NCBI GenBank assembly: GCA_004764695.1
Contig: SMSO01000031.1
Coordinates: forward strand, 7,050,761-7,114,760
Direction of reading: 5' to 3'
From: Schizochytrium sp. TIO01
Lineage: Eukaryota; Protista; Bigyra: Labyrinthulomycetes
DNA: 64,000 nt
The position numbers were made by a program, and so were the translations under genes. This document shows, piece by piece, positions 35,224 to 45,794 of this stretch; within the stretch, counting starts at the first letter, position 1; every line of letters starts with the position of its first letter. Under the pieces are notes generated by a model. The model did not search any database and had not been told where the DNA came from. It worked only from the letters and a program-made list of their open reading frames with translations.

Positions 35224-35313
35224 TTTCAGGTTGTTTGTTTGTTTCAAGTTGTTTGTTTGTTTCAGGTTGTTTGTTTGTTTCAGGTTGTTTGTTTGTTTCA
35301 GGTTGTTTGTTTG
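35224..35313. repeat. Minisatellite, 5 x 18 bp (TTTCAGGTTGTTTGTTTG)
   Basis: Units start at 35224, 35242 (one G>A change), 35260, 35278 and 35296. Confidence 0.9.
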
Positions 35314-35892
35314 CTTGTTTCACTTAGTTCTCTGAAGTACCCAACCCCTTAGAAAATCGTTCACTTCCATTGGGCTTTGATCGCCAATCTCTCCTTGGAC
35401 GAAAGCATTTCTCGATGCTTCTGAGTGTGCTGTTGCACATCAGCGAAACAAGCGAAAGAACGAACGACTTCATCCGAAGCAAAGGCGGAAAAATCCTGTC
35501 AAAGCTCTTTTGGCGAGTAAAGAAGGAAAAGAAAAAACGATGGGAATGTATATATCTATGTATGTATGTATGCATGGATCACGTGTATTCAAGCGTTAGA
35601 TATCCCATAATATTACTCAGTAGTGTATTCATTCATTATTCATAGGTAATGATGCACAATTCATGAGAGAAGGTCTTAGCTAATAGTTAGAATACCCATA
35701 ATGAAGGAGGTACCTTCCTACAGTGAGTGAATGATTTGTACGGAAAATCGGCAAGAGAGCGAACAACAATCAAACACAGAATCGGACGAGATAGCGAGCA
35801 GAAGCCAGGCAACTCGTGGAGGCAGACACGAACTGGGTTTGGACAGGGTTGCAACGGAGAAGGGTCGAGCCTGCTCGCGACGCGAAGCAAAG

Positions 35893-37591
35893 ATGAGCCT
35901 TTTCAACTTTGGTACGTATGCTCTTCTATGGGTTCGGAGGCGTTGGAGAGCTAATCAGTTAGCTTGCGACTGTTTGAGTTTCCGCTTGCTTTTTTGCTTT
36001 GTGCGGAAGAGACGATTGAAGCCTTGCGGCTTGCCTCGTAAATGGGGATTTGCATCCATGCGTGAAAATTGTGCCTTTGTATGGTACTGCTCATGACACA
36101 GATACAACGGCGAAGAAATATGGTAACAGAAACAAATGAAGACTAACAGTAATTGTGAGCATGATCTGCTTACGATGCGCAGGAGGACCTGGGTGGTTCA
36201 ACGATGTCTTTGAGGTGGAAATCAAGGTCGATGACTCAAGAACAACGACCTGCCACAGTCTCCTCTTTCAAGAAACTTGTCCCGTGAGTTTAGATTGTTC
36301 TGCTGCGCACACTATATCGAAGCTACTTGCAATATCCACTTCAGGAATTTAATCGACTAACTTGATGAGCGGCCATTACAATCGCCATCTTTATTGACAA
36401 CCAAAATGCTCTATGGGAAATTACGACTGGAAAAATGCTTCCTGGAAATTATTGGGCTTTTTTGTCATTGTTGTGGCATCGGTGATCGAATACTGTTGTT
36501 ACATGTCTCTGCGTATTTGTAAAACTTACAGTTGTTCACAACCTCGGAATCAATTAAGGGTGAGGTCATTGTGCGCCCTCCGGAAGGCCGCGTCGTGTGG
36601 CAAGGTGGTATCAAGATCCTTCTTGAGTGTACGCTTTCATTCTTTGAAAGTCTCTCCAGTCGCGACGAAGATCTTCTGGAGATAACACTGACGGAGCCTA
36701 GCTTTATCGAGAAGGAAACAAGCTTCAAATTTGATATTGACCTGGCTAAACTACCCTCTGACTTTATCGAGTCTTATGATGGAGAAATGTTCTCCGTACG
36801 CCATACTCTCGTTCTTACTGTGGTTCGCCCGTGGTGGACCTTTGATGTCATGCGTAGCACCACGATCTCCATTCAAACTCTCAGCGAAGCACCCTCAGAG
36901 CAATCGCAGATGGTTGACGATGATCTTACACTGCCCTTAACCCCGCGACTCAGCTCACCAAACAGAGAAGTTGTAACTCCAAGCGCTGTCGCTCCCGCCA
37001 GTGATGCAACCATGAACCGTCTTCGTGTTGTTGATGTTTACCAAGGTCTGTCCCTAATTTACGAAACAGCGGTCCTTAATCTAGGTGATACTTTCCGAGG
37101 TGAAATCACGCTCGGTGGTGGCAACCCCGCAGACATCGCAGCAAAGCTCCCATCCCGCCAGGTTTGTCCTCTCACAAGTCTCCAGGTAGTCATTTATAAA
37201 ATTGAAACGGGAGATGAGGACTCTAATGAGGTAATTCTGCTTGTTCCATAATGTTGATCTTCCCAGTTCCTCGTCCGCTGTGGCTCCTCCTGTTGAACCT
37301 TCAACTGAGGACGAAGTGAAACAGATTCAGGAACAGGTGGAGGAGGCCAATAATACTCAAGTAGTTGAAGCTGCAAGTTATGTACCCCCATCCCCCATCA
37401 CCATTCCTGTGGAAATCCCCCTGGTTAAGACAGAAAAATCTGGTGAGTTTGGAGCCACCATCATCAAGAAGGACATCACCGTGAGGTACTTCGTTCGGCT
37501 CGTTGCAATTGACACTCAGGCAAACAACTTTTGGAACACCCATGAGCTCGTCCTTTATCGCCCAACAGTCCAGACAGTGGAGACCGCCTAG
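35893..37591 (+). CDS. Divergent VPS26-like (arrestin-fold) protein; spliced, with a +1 frame break near 37240
   Basis: Exons 35893-35911, 36183-36283 and 36532 onward join in frame through GT..AG introns (GACTAAC occurs in both). The product reads MSLFNFGG..PLFTTSESIKGEV..GIKI..ESYDG...VRH. The second frame ends VRYFVRLVAID...FWNTHELVLYR, matching the VPS26 C-terminus. Confidence 0.75.
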
Positions 37592-38138
37592 ATTTCGAAT
37601 TTTTAACTTTTAGCGCAGCTCCACCTTGCGCCTCTTACCCATCCGACACCAGAAGAATGTATATTTCTGTTTCTCGAATGACATCATCATCATCGTCATC
37701 TCCACATTCCTCGTTCCACAACTTTCTATTGCAACTTCCATCGAGCAGATAAAACCTTGCTCAAAACGTAATATTCTAAACTCTTTAAGAGATGGTGATA
37801 TGGTTTCTCTCTACTAATCTAGAACCCCCCTCCCCCCCCTCCCCTCCCCGGAATAAGCTTGCAGCCCCATGAATTCGTTCCCCTGTCGTTTACTAATGCT
37901 AAATAAATTAAAAATGCTGCTTCGTGTTTTCTGTTGGACAAATGTGAATCACTGGCAAGGTAGCCAGGCATATATCTACTAATTGGGTGGTCTCTGTTGG
38001 GCTCGAGAGCAACAGGAATAACGTGTGCGTATCATTTAGTGAGAAATCGATAATTTGAGAGAAAAGTAGCCAGCCTCTTGAAACTATAAGTGAAGGCAAT
38101 ATAGGCCAGACTTCAGGTCAAGAAAACAGCCGCGGAAC

Positions 38139-41100
38139 TTAGTAACCATCCGCAATCAGAAAAGTACCAAGCTTATGGAATTTCATGGATTCATCATTTC
38201 CATAACGTGCTAGAAGAATGTATTCGCCAGGGGACTGCGCAGTGAAGCCCACCTTGATCAAGCCATCAGGTTGCGGCGTAACTTCATAAGGAGCGAAGCG
38301 ACCTTCGGGTGGCTTCTGCAAAAAGATTTCGGGAGTAACACTTAAAGCACGGCGAATGGGTGCTCCGCAACTATCCCGCAGATCTACAGTCAGGGATGCT
38401 GCATGCTTCATTTTCGCCACCACAAGACCTTCTTCTACGATGACTGACTTCTCCATCGAAGCTAAAACGTTTCGGAAAGTAATATTTTCTACCTCCTGCA
38501 TCGAAGACATCGCAATGCCTGTTGATGCTGTAAAACCAACCCACGCGCTGCCCGTTGACCCAGCAATGGCATCCATATCAATGCAGGAGCTTTTTTCTGG
38601 CGCAGCATTTCCAGCTGAGCATCGACCTTGATCCACATGCTCAGGTTCCCAGACGCTCGAAGAAAGCTGCCATGAGTTGTCAAGGTAGACATATATCTTG
38701 CGATCAGCCCTTGAGTAGTAGATTCTTAAGTTATGAGACTTGCCATCTACAACACTCGAGAGAAGCGGCGAAGATGCAAATCCAACTTCGGGACTAGTCA
38801 CGCCATTAACGAGTACGTGCATCTCGACATACTTGAATGTTGAACGGTAGAGCACAACTCCAAAACTTGGACCTGTAATACCCTTGTATGCGTTACAGGG
38901 TGTTGAATAGCAGCGGACACCAAGTGCCTTCGGCCCTCCATCTCGCTGTACAACGAAAGCAATCCCATCACCACCGCCCACCGTAGAAGTGTCCTTAAAG
39001 TTGAAGTCAAAGCTGACATCGAATCCGTCGCTAATGTGAAGCTTTTCACCATACCAGGCTCCCGCGAGCTCACTTGTTTCTCCTTTGGTAAGCATAATAA
39101 CCCCGGGCTTAGGCATTGTTGAGGACCCAACCAAGCTCCACTTTGTGGACTCAAGGTTTACCGCGGGAAGGAATTTCGGTGTGCACGCAGGCTGGTAAAG
39201 GCATGCATTATTACCTACAGCAGTGACGTTGTAAATGTTTAAGCGTTGGGTCCAAATGAAGGTACCAACGCCAACCTTGAAGAGACCCTCGGGCACAGAC
39301 GCACAGAGTTCCTGGACCTTTTCAGCCGCGTTGTAAAGCCGGCAAGCAAGTTCTGTTTTGTTCTTCAAAAGACGTACGGAAACTTCTGGTGTAGTCATGG
39401 TAGTGTTGCTTGGGATCACCATGTCCAAGTCTGGTGCTGCAAGATTAGTAACAAGAGGTATTTTGAGCGCAGGCGGATACGTAGACGGAAGGTATGAGAC
39501 ATACTCACCGGTAGGATCGTCAAAGGTGAGGTTCAACTGATACGAGCCTACCCAGATAGGAAACGCAAAAGGATTGTGCAGAACGGCTTCGACCTCTAGA
39601 TTAACACCAAGGCTTATGAGACTATCCCAGGCCGTACTCCACCCATCTACATTGACAGTACGGAACACTCCAGCAAACTCATCAATTGCGGAACTGTTGG
39701 CGTCTGTAGGGAGATCTTTCGCAAAGCGTGGAGGAGGAACGTACGGTCGAACAGCCTTTCCTAGCTCACCCTCAAGAAACACTCCCTCAAACTGAATATT
39801 CACACGGTCTCCATGAGGATTGGTAAAACCAGCTGCAATGAGAATGTGAGTCTCTGTTTTGCCGATCATTTTCTCAAGTAGAGTAGAAAAGACACAGTTG
39901 TGTTTAGTTGTGGGATCGGCCTTGGATGCTTCTGTACAGCTTTCCGGAATTTCACTAGTCTTCTGATCTGCCACAAGAGTTGACAATATGTGCGTACTTG
40001 CATTTCCAGGGAGAATTAGGCTTCCCGCATTCACATAACCATGTCCAATGTAGAGCGCTTCCCGAGGAATTGTGGCTTCTGGACCTCCAATAAGGTAAGA
40101 TACTTCGCAAAACATATCGGGAAAATGAGCAGTAATTGGCGTAGGGTTATGAAGCAACATGTTCACTTCAAAAGTTGCTGTATTGGCCGTTGTATAAATC
40201 AGCTTCCAAGCACCTGTACTTGCAAGAGGGAACCACCATTGCTGTTCCTTTGCCATAGGCACTGGACGTCCATCTGGCGATTGGGCATCAAAAAGGAAAG
40301 AAACATCAGCATCGCGAAGTAGGGATGGTAGCATACCCTGACCGTGCTTTTGTGGCACAAATAGACGGTATTTGACTGGAATAACAGAGTCCATCAATGT
40401 TTGGATTGAATTGCGAACAAGTTGGACATCCCTAACAACAACACCAATTTCTACAGAAATCTTATCTGTCTGTTTGGTGTCCATTTGCAGGTCAATTGTA
40501 GGGATTGAAAAGTCAATCATACGGTTCTCTACACCTGCATCCAAAGCGAACTCGATAGGAGGAGCACGGAGGTGTAAACGTCTAAAGGCCTGGGATCCCA
40601 CGTATAAGGAGCCCAAAAGGTCATAAGCTAAGGTGTAAGGCTCTCCGTTCAGATCTTTTGGCTTTTTTGGGCATAAGTTGGGAATGATGCATGGAACATT
40701 CAAGTTCATAATGGGTTCGTTCTTTGCATTGCGTCCACCAAGTACTTGCAGGGCATATTGCGAAGGAGCCCGATCACTGGTGGAAACAGCAGTCAGATTA
40801 AGTGCCACAGATATAGCTTTATCTGCTGATTGAACGACAATCGTAGAAGACTGTTTGTTCACAAGCGCGCCGATGAGCTTGGTTACAGCCGGTGCTGTTT
40901 TAGTATCAATTTCGTAATCAAGCTGAAAGTTGGTGTTCAGGCCGAGATTTGATGCCTCCCATGCACTCATACTCAATGTTCCAAGGTCTCCAAGCTGGAC
41001 TTTGAGCTCTGGGATATTGACAGTAGCTTTTCCAGGTTTCCCCGGGACTGCTGAGCAGTCAAGGTGTACCCGAACGTGGTCTGGGCCTGAGAATACATCC

Positions 41101-44100
41101 AGGAACACATCTTCAGCAAAGACCCAGTCGTCATTTTGGGAGTGGGAGGCAGTCTGATTTTCAGGCGGTTTGTCTAACATAGCCGCGATGATTTGACCAA
41201 CAGCAGCACTCAATAAGTTTAGACTGCTATCCCCCCGCATAGAACTTGCCAAATCTTTCACTTGTACCATTTCTCGCATTGCATTACTTGTGACAGTCTC
41301 GAAAGTCAAAGAGCTGTTCAGATGCACACCATCTTTACGAAAGGACGTAATTTTGGGCGCAGCAATTTCAACAGTTGCTCCAGGGACTGGTAAAAGTCGT
41401 AAAGGTGCAAATTCGAGAACCTTGACTTGCGTGTTGGGGAGTTTGATAGCGAACTCAAGAGGGTCAATTCGTGCACGAAGGCCAGCGCCGCCAGGATCAC
41501 AGGGAGTCCCTGCTGATATGCAGCCGAAATCAACCAGTGCGCCTTCTGCACCAACGGATTGCAACTCGTGGAAACGAATACCGATATCCCAGCTTGAATC
41601 GTCGTCAGGATCGTTGCCATCTTCGTGGTCTTTATGGTGGTGGTGCCCCTTGCTGCTGCTGCTTTTTGTGTCTCTGAGAACGTCAGAATCATCTTTAGCA
41701 CTTACATGACTGGAGAAAAGTCGGTGCAGTGCAAATACTGTGACATTCACACAATCTGACTTCTCAAAAGAGATGGAAGTGTTCACATGGGCACGAATAT
41801 CTCTGACAAGATCTCCAAAACCGGCGCCAGCAGTGGAGTCATGCCAGAGGAAATCAATCCGAGCCTCATTTCTCGAATCTGGGCCAAACTGCATGACAGG
41901 AATCCCGAGTTCCATCCGAATATGATGTAACGCGTTGATAATTTTCACTGGTTGTCCGCCAACACATTGTGGAGACCATTGAATGTTAAAAGGAAATGAT
42001 GATGCCAAAGATGTAGCTTGAAGGTAGATTCCAGCGCTGACGTTGGTCGGTGATGAACGAAGGTACGTCTCAAAAAGGTTTGTTGGCCCTGATAAGACCA
42101 GGTGTTCCTTTTCTTTCTTTTTTGTTAGTGAGTACGACACTGTCTTCAAGATGGCTGTAAGCAGACTGACGTCATCCCTCGCTGATCCAATGAGCTGCAG
42201 CTCAAGAGTACTCGGGTCATAGTCTGCGGTACGGAGCTGGTCCCACAAGAGCGCTGGTTGTTGAAGCGTGACCTCTGTAGCAACACCTGCCATTGGGTTA
42301 ACAATAGTTGCGGGAGGTACGCGAATTTCCGTACTACGTTCGCCACGCGCAGCTACGTCTAAAATTACCTCTGGAAGCTGTCCAGTGATGTTTGCAGAGC
42401 TGAAGGCAGTCAACTTGATGCGACCCTCCTCTGCCGTAGAGTCAATATATTCGATTTGGATTGTCTTGAGCGTGGAACTGTGAACCGGCGTTCCTGGTCC
42501 TTCTGTTCCTGCCACTAGTGAGACTAATTCTTCTGAATGTCGTGACCCAGAATACTTAGTATTCTCTACTAAGGTACCATGATCAAGGGATCTCTCATGT
42601 GCAGGTTTTTCATTTGCGCTCATCGGTAACAGCTCGTAACGGATTGGATCCATAGCTTTGAGAACACGATCTATAAAGCACAAGGAAGCGTTACTAGGTG
42701 ATGCCTTCATGTAGAAGAAGGTTGATTCGCCACCTTCTGCAACGACGTATCGGCTGGCAGCAGCTTGCATTGCGGGCAAACTAGCGGCTTCTGTGGTAGT
42801 ATTAACTGTAGTAGGAATAATGAAAGATCTTGCAGTCTGGCAGTTCTCCAGAACAGCAGTTGCCACTAGCTGAATAGCCGTATTATTGAAAACATTATCT
42901 TTTGTTGGCACTACAGAGCTGTTAGAGGCGTAGATCTCAATATTGTCCATGCGCGGAAGGACCGTTCGAAGAGCAGGTAACTTCTCATTTATATCGACAC
43001 GCACCGCAACAGAGGCGTTCAGCGAGTTCTTTGGGTCGAGCACTGGGTGGAAATGAACTTTAGCAAGATTCACAACAAAGTTTGGTGTAGGGCTTGGACC
43101 ATCATAGTTGTCCTCTATCTTATTGTCGAGTTGATTACTTGTTATCCCTCTGGTGCTCACTGTAGGAATTCGAGCTTCATTGTTTTGCCCAGTTTGATTC
43201 ATGGGTCGAACAACTTCCTCCTTACTTGAGTAATGATAGACCAGCGAGTGCGACAGTCTTTTACGAATGGGAACAGAAAAGAAATTGAAGCCTACAGTAG
43301 CTTCAGCATAAATATCAAAATCAGTGTCCATCTGATTCAAAATGCGCCACGCCACAGCAGCAACTCTTTCTGTACCTTGACCATTTTCCTCTGGAACATT
43401 CAGCATGGCATTTTGCACTTGCATAGTGCTTCCACCCAAGTGCATCCACCTCGGCTCTGCATGTCCATCCTGTCGTGTAAACACTGGTGTCATAGCATCT
43501 GTAGTAAACAACTCGGTTCCGTTATGCTCCACTCTGACGACCACTTTATCCACAAATACCCTAAACCAGCTTCCCGAAGGCAAGTCCAGTTCTGCATCTA
43601 TGTCAAACCCGATTTTTGTATCTGCATTCTTATTGTCTTTTGGGGACTTCCTGACATAGCTTTGATATTTTTGATTTCCTTGCGAGATAAGATCTTTGTC
43701 AAATTCGCCAACTTTTGTTATTCCTTGAAAAGTATTCTTGTCCGGGATGCCACAAAGGTCTGCGAGTTGTACCCACCTAAGTTGTACACATCCCTGCGGC
43801 GTGTTGCACTTTCTGTAAACTGCTAGGGCCTTGACAGCAAACGCCGTCGCGGCCAATAGTACTGCGAAGAGCACTAAGCACAGCGCCAGAGCGCATCTTC
43901 GACACTTACGACTCCGTTTCGGACCAGGGTCTCTATCCGCATCTCCTGCGTAAAAGCCCTCGTCTTCGCCGCTTGCGAGGACTTCGTCACGGTCAGCGAG
44001 AAGTGGTGCACGGAGTTCGCCGTCGTTGGCGGCGACAAGGTCACTGTTGATGCCGGAATTGATGTCCACGGTGACGTCTCCACCGCCGCGGCTGCTTGCG

Positions 44101-44195
44101 TTGACTTCATCGTCGGATTCAGAGTCAGAGAAGGGGTTGTAGCCGCTGCCGGTCTCGCGGTCAGCGTCGGCATCTGCACCCGCTGAAGAGCTCAT
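38139..44195 (-). CDS. 2018-aa type II membrane protein with a large beta-rich luminal region, an L-type (legume) lectin domain and a filamin/Ig-like C-terminus
   Basis: Acidic N-tail with NPF and ELRAPLL, and one TM segment at about aa 100-127. LEA_2/DUF3712-like HNP motifs occur twice. The lectin motif is AWY......GF..SF.F.....GGDGIAFVVQ and the filamin-like motif is LRDSCG..DG...V.FT...PGEY. Confidence 0.75.
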   Translation of the reverse strand: MSSSAGADADADRETGSGYNPFSDSESDDEVNASSRGGGDVTVDINSGINSDLVAANDGELRAPLLADRDEVLASGEDEGFYAGDADRDPGPKRSRKCRRCALALCLVLFAVLLAATAFAVKALAVYRKCNTPQGCVQLRWVQLADLCGIPDKNTFQGITKVGEFDKDLISQGNQKYQSYVRKSPKDNKNADTKIGFDIDAELDLPSGSWFRVFVDKVVVRVEHNGTELFTTDAMTPVFTRQDGHAEPRWMHLGGSTMQVQNAMLNVPEENGQGTERVAAVAWRILNQMDTDFDIYAEATVGFNFFSVPIRKRLSHSLVYHYSSKEEVVRPMNQTGQNNEARIPTVSTRGITSNQLDNKIEDNYDGPSPTPNFVVNLAKVHFHPVLDPKNSLNASVAVRVDINEKLPALRTVLPRMDNIEIYASNSSVVPTKDNVFNNTAIQLVATAVLENCQTARSFIIPTTVNTTTEAASLPAMQAAASRYVVAEGGESTFFYMKASPSNASLCFIDRVLKAMDPIRYELLPMSANEKPAHERSLDHGTLVENTKYSGSRHSEELVSLVAGTEGPGTPVHSSTLKTIQIEYIDSTAEEGRIKLTAFSSANITGQLPEVILDVAARGERSTEIRVPPATIVNPMAGVATEVTLQQPALLWDQLRTADYDPSTLELQLIGSARDDVSLLTAILKTVSYSLTKKKEKEHLVLSGPTNLFETYLRSSPTNVSAGIYLQATSLASSFPFNIQWSPQCVGGQPVKIINALHHIRMELGIPVMQFGPDSRNEARIDFLWHDSTAGAGFGDLVRDIRAHVNTSISFEKSDCVNVTVFALHRLFSSHVSAKDDSDVLRDTKSSSSKGHHHHKDHEDGNDPDDDSSWDIGIRFHELQSVGAEGALVDFGCISAGTPCDPGGAGLRARIDPLEFAIKLPNTQVKVLEFAPLRLLPVPGATVEIAAPKITSFRKDGVHLNSSLTFETVTSNAMREMVQVKDLASSMRGDSSLNLLSAAVGQIIAAMLDKPPENQTASHSQNDDWVFAEDVFLDVFSGPDHVRVHLDCSAVPGKPGKATVNIPELKVQLGDLGTLSMSAWEASNLGLNTNFQLDYEIDTKTAPAVTKLIGALVNKQSSTIVVQSADKAISVALNLTAVSTSDRAPSQYALQVLGGRNAKNEPIMNLNVPCIIPNLCPKKPKDLNGEPYTLAYDLLGSLYVGSQAFRRLHLRAPPIEFALDAGVENRMIDFSIPTIDLQMDTKQTDKISVEIGVVVRDVQLVRNSIQTLMDSVIPVKYRLFVPQKHGQGMLPSLLRDADVSFLFDAQSPDGRPVPMAKEQQWWFPLASTGAWKLIYTTANTATFEVNMLLHNPTPITAHFPDMFCEVSYLIGGPEATIPREALYIGHGYVNAGSLILPGNASTHILSTLVADQKTSEIPESCTEASKADPTTKHNCVFSTLLEKMIGKTETHILIAAGFTNPHGDRVNIQFEGVFLEGELGKAVRPYVPPPRFAKDLPTDANSSAIDEFAGVFRTVNVDGWSTAWDSLISLGVNLEVEAVLHNPFAFPIWVGSYQLNLTFDDPTGEYVSYLPSTYPPALKIPLVTNLAAPDLDMVIPSNTTMTTPEVSVRLLKNKTELACRLYNAAEKVQELCASVPEGLFKVGVGTFIWTQRLNIYNVTAVGNNACLYQPACTPKFLPAVNLESTKWSLVGSSTMPKPGVIMLTKGETSELAGAWYGEKLHISDGFDVSFDFNFKDTSTVGGGDGIAFVVQRDGGPKALGVRCYSTPCNAYKGITGPSFGVVLYRSTFKYVEMHVLVNGVTSPEVGFASSPLLSSVVDGKSHNLRIYYSRADRKIYVYLDNSWQLSSSVWEPEHVDQGRCSAGNAAPEKSSCIDMDAIAGSTGSAWVGFTASTGIAMSSMQEVENITFRNVLASMEKSVIVEEGLVVAKMKHAASLTVDLRDSCGAPIRRALSVTPEIFLQKPPEGRFAPYEVTPQPDGLIKVGFTAQSPGEYILLARYGNDESMKFHKLGTFLIADGY

Positions 44196-44492
44196 GACGT
44201 TGGTAGAAAGCCTAATTCGGTTCTGCTGCCTTCGTCAACTTCATTATAAACCTCGTTCACCAGGAGAGGCTGCCTCCAGAGAAGGTGGGACGGGAGGACG
44301 GGAGCGGGGGGGGGTCGCAGTGGTGTGCTATCGTTTCTAGGGTCTTCTCTAGCTCTAGTTGTCTTCGGTTCTCAGTGAAAGCTGCCCCAACCCTGAGGCT
44401 CATGGGCCTCACTATCTATCTATCCTGAGGAAAAGTATTCGTAGAACCAAGGTCGCAAAAACCACTACTAGATTATAAAGGTCGTGGTGAAG

Positions 44493-45098
44493 ATGTTCTG
44501 CCTAGACTACGCACTCATATTCATTGTTCACTACCGCTTGCGACCGCTTGTCACTGCACCCTCGGCGTCCCTGGCATCCCCAGCGCAGTCAGAACCTTCT
44601 GGGCCTTCAGACTTAGCTTCTTCAACTTTAGAATTGTCATCGTCAAGTTCATGGCCTTCCGCAGTGTCTGCGTCTACGTTGACACGCGAGGCATTTGTGG
44701 GTAGTGTTGCGGGTCTTACAGCTGCTGTTGCTTTGTGGCCTTTTGATGCGCTGCGTCAGAGCGCCGTGGGCGGTATGAGTCGGGCATCCTTCGCATGGAG
44801 CTCTATGCCGTTCGCTGCAGCGTATTTGGGCATCTTCTTCTCTTTAGCACCTCCCGAGCGAGAAGTTTCTCTGCAAGCTCGAGCTTGCGTCGCCCTTGGA
44901 GCTGCTTTCGCTGCAACTGCGGTAGAGTTCCCTCTTGATAGAGCTCGTCATGCCATCGCTGGAGGTCACCGCCGGCTTGCCGTGTTCTCTGCTGCGGCCA
45001 GAATTCCTCTCTCGGCGCTCATGCTCGTGGCTTACGACCACTTTGCAAGGGCTAGGGTTCATCCCGACGTCGCCCAGACTGCCATGAATCAGCGATGA
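44493..45098 (+). CDS. Short mitochondrial-carrier-family-like protein (start uncertain)
   Basis: Two Px[DE]xx[KR] signatures preceded by small-residue helices: GSVAGLTAAVALWPFDALR and GAAFAATAVEFPLDRAR. Confidence 0.6.
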   Translation: MFCLDYALIFIVHYRLRPLVTAPSASLASPAQSEPSGPSDLASSTLELSSSSSWPSAVSASTLTREAFVGSVAGLTAAVALWPFDALRQSAVGGMSRASFAWSSMPFAAAYLGIFFSLAPPEREVSLQARACVALGAAFAATAVEFPLDRARHAIAGGHRRLAVFSAAARIPLSALMLVAYDHFARARVHPDVAQTAMNQR

Positions 45099-45794
45099 GC
45101 TTGCTGTAAATGTGCTCATGATAGAATACTGACGAAAGCTTCGCTGGTTCCAATCCGCAGACATTTTCAGTTTACTAGAACTAGCCTTTCTGTCCCGGAG
45201 GTGTTTAGAAAGAAGCTAGCAAGAGGAAGCATTTGGATAACGTAATGAGGCTAACTGCGTATTGAAAGTAGCCTTGGGCTTTGCTGAGAGCTATGTCGAT
45301 CAAAGATGTGTTCCAATTTAAGGGAAATATCGAAACTTGGATCGTCAGAGAGCAAATCCTAATGGAAACAAATGTGATTAGCACAGCGGTGTCTGATATA
45401 TGGAATTACTCGAGATCCTTTTCTATGAGTGGACCAATTCATTTGATATGGAAGGCACTTACAAGCAGTTGAAGATTTACCTGGTGAATGATGTAAGCAA
45501 AGGCAAGACAAGACTAATAAACGGGCCAAAGGAAACAAATGCACTACGAAAACAGGCAGGTTCCTGAGCATAAAAGGACGCAAGTCATAATGTTATTTAA
45601 CAGTAAATAGTAAAACATAAATTAGAGATAATTTTGAGGTTTTACCAAATATAAATAATACCAGTAGGCTTTAGATGATTTTCATTTTAGTAAATTGGGT
45701 TGTCCTCGCGTACGCAGAGTAGGTAGATCTATCCGGAGCAGAATATTACACTTAAAATATATATGTATATATAATAATCTGATTATAATTTCAA

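Noticed and set aside
35224-35313. Regularly spaced repeats as a CRISPR-like array
   Set aside because: The units are contiguous with no unique spacers, so this is a minisatellite.
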